Part shown: positions 1-7,273 of the stretch, in pieces
Position numbering within the stretch: the stretch's first letter is position 1
Layout of the letters: every line of letters starts with the position of its first letter
Assembly: GCA_004321885.1 (NCBI GenBank)
Contig: SCQK01000013.1
Location: 111,929 to 175,928 of the forward strand
DNA: 64,000 bases
Direction of reading: 5' to 3'
Source: Patescibacteria group bacterium
Lineage (GTDB): Bacteria > Patescibacteriota > Patescibacteriia > Magasanikbacterales > GWA2-37-8
Notes under the pieces: generated by a model
Told to the model about the DNA's origin: nothing
Database searches by the model: none
What the model saw: only the letters and a program-made list of their open reading frames with translations
Made by a program: the position numbers and the translations under genes

Positions 1-133
1 GCGCAAATTAACTACATGGGCGAAGAGCCGAATTTTACCGCCGGCATGAAACATTTCAAGCATTTACTGTCCAGTTTTCAGTTGACTTCGGCCGCGCCGT
101 AGGATATAATGCAATAACTAAAAAATTTCAGAT

Positions 134-769
134 ATGCGAACTTCCCTTCCATTTACCCATCGCCAGCTCTCCCCTTCGCCGCCTTCGCGGCATGAGAAAG
201 GGGAGAGGGGGACGACTGCAATATTGCCAGCTATATTGCTCATCGCGTTTGGCATTGCGGCGAGATTTTTGCCCCATCCGGCGAACTTTACTCCCATCGG
301 CGCCATTGCTATTTTTGGCGGACTGTATCTGCCCAAAAAACTTTCTGTTTGGCTGCCTCTCTCGGCCATGCTTATCAGCGATATTTTTATCGGCTTTTAT
401 TCATTGCCGATTATGGCCAGCGTGTACGTCGGCTTTATGTTCGCCAATCTGCTATCCTTGACAGCGCGGGGCAAACTCGCATATACAAAAACCGCCTTTG
501 GGCGGTTTGGGACTATTGCCGGCGCCACGGCGCTAAGTTCAGCCATTTTTTACCTCTTGACAAACGCGGCGGTTTGGGCATTCGGCTCTATGTATCCGCA
601 CAATTTCACCGGCCTTTTGGAATCATACTACCTGGCTCTCCCCTTCTTCCGAAACAGCCTGGCGGGCGACGTTTTCTTCACTTTCGTTTTAGTAGGCGGG
701 ATGGAGTTGCTAAAACATACGTTAAGGGATTCCTCCGCTCTCCGCCGGCTGGCGAATCGATCGGAATGA
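134..769 (+). CDS. polytopic membrane protein (ECF-transporter S-component-like), start uncertain; a TTG near 224 is possible
   Basis: Five to six hydrophobic segments in the ORF translation. The N-terminal 30 aa are charged and low-complexity and probably not translated. This is the only plus-strand gene at the left edge. Confidence 0.45.
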   Translation: MRTSLPFTHRQLSPSPPSRHEKGERGTTAILPAILLIAFGIAARFLPHPANFTPIGAIAIFGGLYLPKKLSVWLPLSAMLISDIFIGFYSLPIMASVYVGFMFANLLSLTARGKLAYTKTAFGRFGTIAGATALSSAIFYLLTNAAVWAFGSMYPHNFTGLLESYYLALPFFRNSLAGDVFFTFVLVGGMELLKHTLRDSSALRRLANRSE

Positions 770-771
770 CA

Positions 772-2190
772 TTATCCATACGGTAACTCCTCTGGCTCTG
801 GCGGTTCTTCTTTTCTCTCTTCTTCCACAGCAGGCCCGACAGGCAAATCCAAATCAATGGGCAAGCCAAACGGCGGCTCCGAGCGCTTGGTGGCGGATTT
901 CTGCAACAACGGGGTCTTCACACTCGGCAACGGGAAGTGCCACAAAGTGGCCAGCTCTTCTATGTTCAAAATATAGGGCGTGCCGTACACTTTAATCTTG
1001 CGCTTCTTAAACGCGTTCACGAATTTGCGTTTTTTCCAAACCACTATAAGCTTCTTAAACGCGTAGTAGGCCTTGGTCACCACGTAGGGCGTGAGCTGGT
1101 TGCGGTTGACCATGCTAAATTGCTTTAGCGAGCCGACATAGCCGTCCAAGCACCGCGAGGGATTGAAAACTTCCTTGCGCGCCACATACAGGGCGCGTAT
1201 TTTTGTCTTAAAGCCGACCTTGGCGATTTTGTCTTCCACGGCCTGCACCGTATTTTTCAGGCCCGGCGGCAATTCGCTCACTTTGCCGGCCACGACCTCT
1301 TCCCTTTTGACTTCTTTTTCCTTTGGTTCAAAGTTCCAATTCCACACGTCCATGAGCATCTCAAACAGCTTGGCCGGCAAACCCAAAATGCCGCCCAGAA
1401 TGCCGGCCTTGGCCGGGGCTTTTTTTTGCGCGATGATTTCCTTTACCAGACTGATGCCGGCGGCCTGCCAGGTATCGGCCACTGGCTCAATCACGATTTG
1501 CGTGAAAAAATTCTCGCCCGCCCCGAGTCGCGTGAAATTTTCCAGCACCGCGGCCATAGGGTCGTTGAACATGGCGTCTTTGGTCACGCTGTGCTCAAAC
1601 TCGGGATAGGTGCGGATGGGGTAGGCATTGTGGCCGGCTAAAGTGAATTCCACGCCGAAGACGTCTTCCGCGTCATTGGGAAATTTTGTCGGAATGACGC
1701 CGACATAATCCTCTATTTCCGTGATTTCGGCCGTCGGGTATTGGGCGTAAATGGCCGCTTCCACCACGTCGCGAAATTCTTGCTCGGTATAAATTAAAAA
1801 TTGAATATAGCCGGCCATGGAAATAATCTCAAAGCTGAACCACTTTTGTTTTTTGCCCAGCCAAAATTTTTCGCCGACATTGGGCCCGACCAGCGCGCCC
1901 GACAGGTGCGAAAAAAGCTGTTCCACGGCCTTGGGGCTTTGAATCACCTCTTGCGGAATCTCAATGGCCAGCACGAGCCATTTCCATTTGCTTGTGTAAA
2001 GCCCCTGCCGATACCACAGCCACAGCTCCTGCCCCATGTAGAAAAAAATTAAGAGCAAAATAGCCCAGCCGATGATGCCAAACAGGGCCAAAATTATTTT
2101 TCCGCTGGACCACGTAAGCAATTGGTCCCAAAACGAAAAATTTAGATTGAATGAGACTCCGCCAAAAGGCGACTCCATGCCAGTGGGCAT
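772..2190 (-). CDS. hypothetical membrane-anchored protein (472 aa)
   Basis: Long ORF with an N-terminal TM helix (ILALFGIIGWAILLLIFFYM) and a basic K-rich C-terminal region. It lies immediately downstream of secF on the same strand. No family recognised. Confidence 0.5.
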   Translation of the reverse strand: MPTGMESPFGGVSFNLNFSFWDQLLTWSSGKIILALFGIIGWAILLLIFFYMGQELWLWYRQGLYTSKWKWLVLAIEIPQEVIQSPKAVEQLFSHLSGALVGPNVGEKFWLGKKQKWFSFEIISMAGYIQFLIYTEQEFRDVVEAAIYAQYPTAEITEIEDYVGVIPTKFPNDAEDVFGVEFTLAGHNAYPIRTYPEFEHSVTKDAMFNDPMAAVLENFTRLGAGENFFTQIVIEPVADTWQAAGISLVKEIIAQKKAPAKAGILGGILGLPAKLFEMLMDVWNWNFEPKEKEVKREEVVAGKVSELPPGLKNTVQAVEDKIAKVGFKTKIRALYVARKEVFNPSRCLDGYVGSLKQFSMVNRNQLTPYVVTKAYYAFKKLIVVWKKRKFVNAFKKRKIKVYGTPYILNIEELATLWHFPLPSVKTPLLQKSATKRSEPPFGLPIDLDLPVGPAVEEERKEEPPEPEELPYG

Positions 2191-2191
2191 A

Positions 2192-2353
2192 TCATTTATT
2201 TATAAACCGGTACACGCCGCCATAGATAATCAAAACCCCTAACACTGTCCACCACCAGCCAAACAAACCCGAAACATAGCCGGCGTAATAGGCAATAACG
2301 CAAATGATGGTGGCAATAGCCGCCACCATGTGACGCACGAGATTATCGGTCAT
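2192..2353 (-). CDS. small membrane protein (53 aa), absent from the ORF track
   Basis: ATG at 2351-2353(-) reads MTDNLVRHMVAAIATIICVIAYYAGYVSGLFGWWWTVLGVLIIYGGVYRFINK, then TGA at 2192-2194. Two predicted TM helices, packed between secF and the downstream ORF. Confidence 0.4.
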   Translation of the reverse strand: MTDNLVRHMVAAIATIICVIAYYAGYVSGLFGWWWTVLGVLIIYGGVYRFINK

Positions 2354-2378
2354 AGATAATAATTACCACGTTAGTATA

Positions 2379-3293
2379 TCACACAACCGCCCGCCTTTGC
2401 CATTTTTCCGCCAGCACCAGCAGAGGGGCGGCGATAAAAATGGAAGAATACGCCCCGCTGGCAAAACCAATAAGCAGGGCCAGGGCGAAGTAATGGATAG
2501 AAGCGCCGCCAAAGAGATAAAGGGCGATAAGGGCGAACAAAGTGGTAACGGTCGTGTTGATAGAGCGCATTAAAGTCTGGTTCAGACCGTTGTTAACCAC
2601 CTCGGCAAAGTCTTCGTTGCGCCGGCGCAATAAATTTTCCCTGATGCGGTCGTAGACCACGATGGTGTCGTGCACGGAAAAACCCAGCACGGTTAAGAGA
2701 GCCACCACGAAAGCAATATCCACCTCCACGCCCCAGCCATGCCCCAAAACCGAAAAAATACCCATCACCAAAAAGACGTCATGCACCACCGCGATTATGG
2801 CCAACAGGCCGTATTTCCAGCTGGCCACGGGCCGCGACACCTTGCGAAAGGCATAGGCGATATACAATATAATGCCCAGGTTGACGAAGATAATGGCCCA
2901 CACCGCCCGCGTGCGCAATTGCTTGCTTACGGCCGAGCCGATTGTTTCAAAACTAATTTCCTTCACCGTGTTTTCTTTGGTCTGAAAATTTTGCGTCAAG
3001 CGCTTTAGCGCCTCCTGATGTTTTTCTTCGCTCAAAAATTCGGTGCGGATAATAATGCTGTCTTCGCCGACGTTTTGAACTTGAACATTTTTCAAATCCA
3101 CTTCGGCAAAAACTTTTTGCACATCAGCGGCCGGCGGCCGGTTGCGGCTAAACGATATTTCCAACAGAGAACCGCCGGTAAAGTCAATGCCCGGCTTTAG
3201 CCCCCACATAAATATCAAAACAAAGGCGGCCACAGTTACCAGTCCGCTGAAACTAAGCAGTACCTTGGAATACTTTATGAATGGTATGGTCAT
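2379..3293 (-). CDS. secF: protein translocase subunit SecF
   Basis: 304 aa with a six-TM SecF topology and conserved SecD/F motifs (LKPGIDFTGGS, GFSVHDTIVVYDRIREN). Directly downstream of secD. Confidence 0.9.
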   Translation of the reverse strand: MTIPFIKYSKVLLSFSGLVTVAAFVLIFMWGLKPGIDFTGGSLLEISFSRNRPPAADVQKVFAEVDLKNVQVQNVGEDSIIIRTEFLSEEKHQEALKRLTQNFQTKENTVKEISFETIGSAVSKQLRTRAVWAIIFVNLGIILYIAYAFRKVSRPVASWKYGLLAIIAVVHDVFLVMGIFSVLGHGWGVEVDIAFVVALLTVLGFSVHDTIVVYDRIRENLLRRRNEDFAEVVNNGLNQTLMRSINTTVTTLFALIALYLFGGASIHYFALALLIGFASGAYSSIFIAAPLLVLAEKWQRRAVV

Positions 3294-3302
3294 AGTGAAA
3301 AA

Positions 3303-5405
3303 TTATGTATGGGATTGCTTCCCGCCAGAGGCGGGCAGGCGCTCTTCGCTCGCAATGACATTTTTTTTATGCCCCAAAAACATCCAATTGCCATACTCAT
3401 TGAACCAGCGGAAAACAATGCGGATATTGATGCGGGTAACGGTAATGGCCGTAAACATGGAGACCAACGTGCCGATGGCCAACGTGACGGCAAAGCCCTG
3501 CACAAACCCGGTGCCAAACCATATAAGGAATCCGCAACTGATAAGGGTGGTGATATTGCTGTCGCGAATGGACGGCCAGGCGCGCGCGAACGACTCCTCG
3601 GCCGCCGACAGCAAACTGCGGCCATTGCGTAATTCTTCTTTCATGCGCTCAAACACCAGCACATTGGCGTCTACGGCCATACCGATAGACAAAATAAAGC
3701 CGGCAATGCCCGACAAGGTTAAAGTTACTCCGATAATCTTAAAGATGGCCAAACTTAAAAGGGCGTAGACGAGCAGAGAAACATTGGCCAACAAGCCGGG
3801 AAAGCGATAATAGCCAATCATGAAAAGCAAAACTAAAATCAAACCAACAATGCCGGCGAAAAAACTTTTACGCAGATACTCGGAACCCAAAGTGGCGTCC
3901 ACTTTCTGCTGGCTGATGAGGTCTACGGCCACGGGCAAAGCGCCGGCGTTGAGGCGCTGGGACAAAAGCCGCGCTTCGCCGAGCGTGAAACTGCCCGAGA
4001 TGACGGCCGAGCCGCTGGTGATGGCTTCGTTCACGCGCGGAATGCTAATGGGCTCACCGTCCAAAAATATGGCCACGTTCTTGCCCACATTGCGCGTGGT
4101 GATATCGCCGAACAATTTTGTGCCTTCTTCGTTGAATTGCAGATTGACCTGCACTTGTCCGGACTGATTATCCTGGGTTACCTCGGCGCGCTTGAGCTGC
4201 TTGCCCGACAAGCCCGAGCTTTTCCATTCCTCGGCCGGCGGCACGACATCGGAAGCCTGTTTAGTCTTCACGTACACGCGGGCCACCTCATATTCCCTGG
4301 ACGGCTTTTCATCTTTTTTGTAAATAATGTGAAAACCGAATTTTGTTTCCACCGCATTGGACACAGCGCCCTTGGGCATCGCGCCCGCCGCCTCTTCAAA
4401 CTCCGGCACCATTTGGCCCTTCTTAAACCAGCCCAGCTCTTCGCCGCGCACTTCCAATTTTTTATCCGGAGAATATTGCTGTACCAACTGGGCAAAATTG
4501 GCGGGCGACGCCTGGGCTTTTATTTCACCGGCTCTTTGGCGGGCCTGGTCTTTGTTCAATTTGCTTTCACACCCTTCGGCGCCGGCATAACAAACCAACA
4601 AGTGCGACGCGTTTATCATTTTTTCGCCGTCGCGGCCGGAGAGCCGTTTTACCACGTTCAAGCCGTCAAAACTTTTCACCAGGGTTTTGCCCGCCTGGCC
4701 GTCTTTGGCTTTCTCGGCCCAAGCAAAAATTTCCGGATAAATTTCTTTGGTAATAAATCCCAGATTGCCGCCCTTGTCTTTGCTGGCCTGGTCTTCGGAA
4801 TATTGGGCCGCGATTTTGCCGAAATCGGCCCCGGGTTTTAGGGCCGCGGTTAGAGCTGTTTTGGCTTTTTTATCGGCCGCGCTGTTAAAAACGTCCAGGT
4901 CTTTTTTTTCTTGGGGTGTCAAATCGCGGGCCGGGTCGTGATTTTCTTCCTTAAATTCCAGTATCGGAGTTTCGCCAATCATTTTGATGGCCTGATTGAC
5001 ATCGGTAACGCCGGGCAATTCCACAATCACGCGATAATCGCCGCCGACCTTGGTGGTTTGCACCAATGGCTCGGCCACGCCCAGGCCCCCGCGCACGCGC
5101 CGCTCTATCACGTCGCGCACGCCTTCCACGGCGTCGCCGCGGTCGCCTTCGGGAATGGTTTCTGTTTTGGCCTGATAAACCAAATGCGCGCCGCCCTGCA
5201 AATCCAGGCCCAGATTAAAGCCCTTATCCGGCAAGCGGGGCAAACCGATGTTGGCCGCGTTGTTGAGCCAGTCTATGCCGCGGTTGGCGAACGCCGGCAA
5301 AACAATAAGCAGGGTGGCAATGGCCAAAGCGACCACGCCGGCCGCGTGCCATTTTAATTTTTTCGCCGACGAAACCTTGTTGGAAATTTTTACTGCCATA
5401 AACAC
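3303..5405 (-). CDS. secD: protein translocase subunit SecD carrying two parvulin-type PPIase domains in the periplasmic P1 head
   Basis: 700 aa. N-terminal TM plus the P1 head (GLDLQGGAHLVYQA) and a C-terminal six-TM SecD core. Two rotamase-like segments lie in between: a weaker one (FGKIAAQYSEDQASKDKGGNLGFITKEIYPEIF) and a clear one (ASHLLVCYAG...ELGWFKKGQMVPEFEEAA...KFGFHIIYK). Confidence 0.85.
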   Translation of the reverse strand: MFMAVKISNKVSSAKKLKWHAAGVVALAIATLLIVLPAFANRGIDWLNNAANIGLPRLPDKGFNLGLDLQGGAHLVYQAKTETIPEGDRGDAVEGVRDVIERRVRGGLGVAEPLVQTTKVGGDYRVIVELPGVTDVNQAIKMIGETPILEFKEENHDPARDLTPQEKKDLDVFNSAADKKAKTALTAALKPGADFGKIAAQYSEDQASKDKGGNLGFITKEIYPEIFAWAEKAKDGQAGKTLVKSFDGLNVVKRLSGRDGEKMINASHLLVCYAGAEGCESKLNKDQARQRAGEIKAQASPANFAQLVQQYSPDKKLEVRGEELGWFKKGQMVPEFEEAAGAMPKGAVSNAVETKFGFHIIYKKDEKPSREYEVARVYVKTKQASDVVPPAEEWKSSGLSGKQLKRAEVTQDNQSGQVQVNLQFNEEGTKLFGDITTRNVGKNVAIFLDGEPISIPRVNEAITSGSAVISGSFTLGEARLLSQRLNAGALPVAVDLISQQKVDATLGSEYLRKSFFAGIVGLILVLLFMIGYYRFPGLLANVSLLVYALLSLAIFKIIGVTLTLSGIAGFILSIGMAVDANVLVFERMKEELRNGRSLLSAAEESFARAWPSIRDSNITTLISCGFLIWFGTGFVQGFAVTLAIGTLVSMFTAITVTRINIRIVFRWFNEYGNWMFLGHKKNVIASEERLPASGGKQSHT

Positions 5406-5415
5406 AATTATTATG

Positions 5416-5440
5416 TCATTCCGGGCTTGACCCGGAATCT
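5416..5440. repeat. GTCATTCC...GGAATGAC-family palindromic hairpin between tRNA-Val and the secD start
   Basis: gtcattccgggcttgacccggaatc. The same arm motif recurs at about a dozen other sites in the window. Confidence 0.7.
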
Positions 5441-5449
5441 ATTTCCGTG

Positions 5450-5522
5450 TGGACGGTGCAGGACTCGGACCTGCGGCCCTTGCGATGTAAACGCAATGCT
5501 CTACCAACTGAGCTAACCGTCC
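5450..5522 (-). tRNA. tRNA-Val (anticodon TAC)
   Basis: Reverse complement folds as a canonical cloverleaf: GGACGGT-TA-GCTC-AGTTGGTA-GAGC-A-TTGCG-TTTACAT-CGCAA-GGGCC-GCAGG-TCCGAGT-CCTGC-ACCGTCC-A. No encoded CCA. TTGCCA-N17-TAAAAT promoter at about 5530-5575(-). Confidence 0.9.
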
Positions 5523-5609
5523 GTCCGCATCTCGGCTATGATTTTACCCCTTTTTGCCTTTTTTGGCAAGAACCATTGTCATTCCTGCGCAAGTAGGAAT
5601 CCACAATCA

Positions 5610-5912
5610 TTACGATTCGTCCAAAATTATCTTTTCTTTGAATCCTCCCCTGTCTTCGGCCTTGGTGGCGCGTATTTTTTCCAGCTCAACGGCGTCATAA
5701 CCCTTGAAATCGCGCATGGAATTGAGAACTTCGTAAAGGTCGCCCAAATCATGTGGCGATTCCGAGGAAAAAAACTCTCCCAGCTCCTCCAGCAGTTTTT
5801 CCTTCAACTTTTTCCAGTATTCCTCACTGCCGGCGATATGGTACACCGCCTGTCCGCCTTTGGCTTTGATGATTTCGGGAATCTTGTCCCGCACGAGTTT
5901 ATTGTATTTCAT
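5610..5912 (-). CDS. MazG-like nucleotide pyrophosphohydrolase (small all-alpha NTP-PPase)
   Basis: 100 aa, MKYNKLVRDKIPEIIKAKG...EELGEF...DLGDLYEVL. This matches the MazG/HisE-type NTP-PPase signature, including the EExxE-like acidic motif. Confidence 0.65.
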   Translation of the reverse strand: MKYNKLVRDKIPEIIKAKGGQAVYHIAGSEEYWKKLKEKLLEELGEFFSSESPHDLGDLYEVLNSMRDFKGYDAVELEKIRATKAEDRGGFKEKIILDES

Positions 5913-5924
5913 ATAATCTAATCG

Positions 5925-6010
5925 CTGTCATTGCGAGCGAGCCACAAGCGAGCGCGGCAATCCCTTCCGTGTTTGGGATTGCTTCGCCCCTTCGGGGCTC
6001 GCAATGACAT
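5925..6010. repeat. composite nested palindrome (GTCATTGCGAGCGAGCC ... GGCTCGCAATGAC with an inner GCAATCCC/GGGATTGC hairpin)
   Basis: Direct reading. The outer 17-bp arms at 5927-5943 and 5996-6009 are inverted repeats. A near-identical element occurs at 47827-47920. Confidence 0.8.
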
Positions 6011-6039
6011 TTAAGTTTCAAAATAATTTTTACCTGTTT

Positions 6040-6267
6040 TTATCGCTTCCAACATGAAACGAACTTCAAATTTCCTATTTCAACGCCCAGTTCCTCCGTC
6101 GCTTCTCGTTTCACCGTTTCCATGGGGCTTTCTCCAAACTCCACGTGTCCGCCGATGGAACCATAACAACCGTCCGCGTGCGCGCCCTTGCGTTTGGCGA
6201 GCAAGGTCTTGCCATCTTTTATTATCACCGCCCCGGCGCCCACTTTGATTATTTTATCTTCCGACAT
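6040..6267 (-). pseudogene. NUDIX hydrolase remnant, ends about 12 aa after the Nudix box
   Basis: MSEDKIIKVGAGAVIIKDGKTLLAKRKG...GGHVEFGESPMETVKREATEELGVE is a clear Nudix box (GX5EX7REUXEEXGU). The protein then stops after KFVSCWKR, directly abutting the 5925-6010 palindrome. The upstream 80 codons of the ORF-track ORF lie in GC-rich non-coding-looking DNA. Confidence 0.5.
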
Positions 6268-6329
6268 AATTGAAACTTCGAACTTCTGATTATTTGACTT
6301 AAAAATATGATTATGGTAGGGTGTTTTTG

Positions 6330-6596
6330 CCGTCAGAGAGTGCTCGAAGGCCCTACTCCGGAAGACGTCCCGGAGCCAGGAGGAGAAGCCGTCCCACCAT
6401 TCCATGCCGCCGGCCACAGTCCGGCCGCGAGGTGCGCGCGCTCCGCTTCCAAAGGGGCATCTCGAAAACTGTGCCGGGGTGGTTTGGCGTCTTTGCGCCA
6501 GATTGCACCCCACATGGACAGCGTCCTCCTACGGGGAGGACTATGGTTGCTTAGCGCCATCAACCCTCTCTGACGGCGCTTTTTTTTTATTTGTAT
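6330..6596 (+). ncRNA. GC-rich (~64%) structured element closed by an 11-bp terminal helix and followed by a U-run; class unknown
   Basis: gccgtcagagag at 6330-6341 pairs with ctctctgacggc at 6568-6579. There are internal hairpins such as gtcctcc-tacg-gggaggac, and a T9 run at 6588-6596. ORFs are open on both strands in all frames, as expected for non-coding GC-rich DNA. Confidence 0.3.
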
Positions 6597-6805
6597 TTCT
6601 TCAACAACTCATCTAATTTTTTCATGATTGGCGCGCGCCAGTCGTCAATCATTTGCGTCCTGATAAATTTTACCATTTTTTTGTCTTCCGCCGTCATCTT
6701 TTTACTCTCAAGTTCGTAAATTTTTCCCAAAATAAAATAATCTCTATCTTCCTTCAAAACATAACGTTTTTTGTCAATCGGACGAATTTTTGGTAATTTG
6801 TTCAT
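6587..6805 (-). CDS. hypothetical small protein (72 aa; start at MNKLPKIRP)
   Basis: AT-rich ORF. The N-terminal extension in the ORF track runs through the 6825-6912 palindromic element, so the internal Met is the likely start. Confidence 0.4.
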   Translation of the reverse strand: MNKLPKIRPIDKKRYVLKEDRDYFILGKIYELESKKMTAEDKKMVKFIRTQMIDDWRAPIMKKLDELLKKYK

Positions 6806-6824
6806 ACTACACAATTCGTTGTGG

Positions 6825-6912
6825 CAACAATCGTCATCCTGAACTTGTTTCAGGATCCCCACTGTCCAATTCGCCGACTCGCTCGATCGGAGATGCCGAA
6901 ACAAGTTCGGCA
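6825..6912. repeat. pair of palindromic hairpins (CCTGAAC-TTG-TTTCAGG and GCCGAA-CAAGT-TCGGC, ending CATGAC)
   Basis: Direct reading. A related hairpin ending ...TTCAGCATGACAT occurs at 7237-7275. Confidence 0.7.
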
Positions 6913-6937
6913 TGACAGTGACGCGGCTGGAAACTTA

Positions 6938-7231
6938 TCACTCCCATTCGTCGCTCAAGTCTTTCAAAGTGGGATTAAGTCCTTTTACTAAATTTATTTT
7001 CCACTGACGATGCCAATTTTTGATTTGTTTCTCTCTGTTAATTGCGTCACGTGGATCCAAAAAAACTTCGTAATAAACTAACTTTTTCAGATTATACTGT
7101 TTTGTAAATCCCTCATTGATTCCATTTTTATGTTCTTCAAGCCGACGTTCTAGATTGTTCGTTATACCTACATATAAAACCGTGTTGATGATGTTTGTTA
7201 AAATATACACATAAAATGTTTTCCCCTCCAT
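6938..7231 (-). CDS. GIY-YIG nuclease family protein (small stand-alone)
   Basis: 97 aa. MEGKTFYVYIL...VLYVGITNNLERRLEEHK gives GIY..YVG motifs plus the conserved R and E. AT-rich (~38% GC). Confidence 0.85.
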   Translation of the reverse strand: MEGKTFYVYILTNIINTVLYVGITNNLERRLEEHKNGINEGFTKQYNLKKLVYYEVFLDPRDAINREKQIKNWHRQWKINLVKGLNPTLKDLSDEWE

Positions 7232-7273
7232 ACGATTTGCGATTGGAGATGCTGAAATAAATTCAGCATGACA

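Noticed and set aside
6268-6513. N-terminal 80 codons of the ORF-track NUDIX ORF (6040..6513) and other overlapping ORFs at 6307-6616
   Set aside because: They fall in the GC-rich structured element where every frame is open. The Nudix homology begins only at MSEDKIIKV. I treat them as non-coding.
6330-6596. RNase P RNA
   Set aside because: There is only a loose resemblance to the GGAAAGUCCGGGCUCC conserved region. The AGGGUGAAA and ACAGAA conserved regions are missing, and the element is about 100 nt too short.
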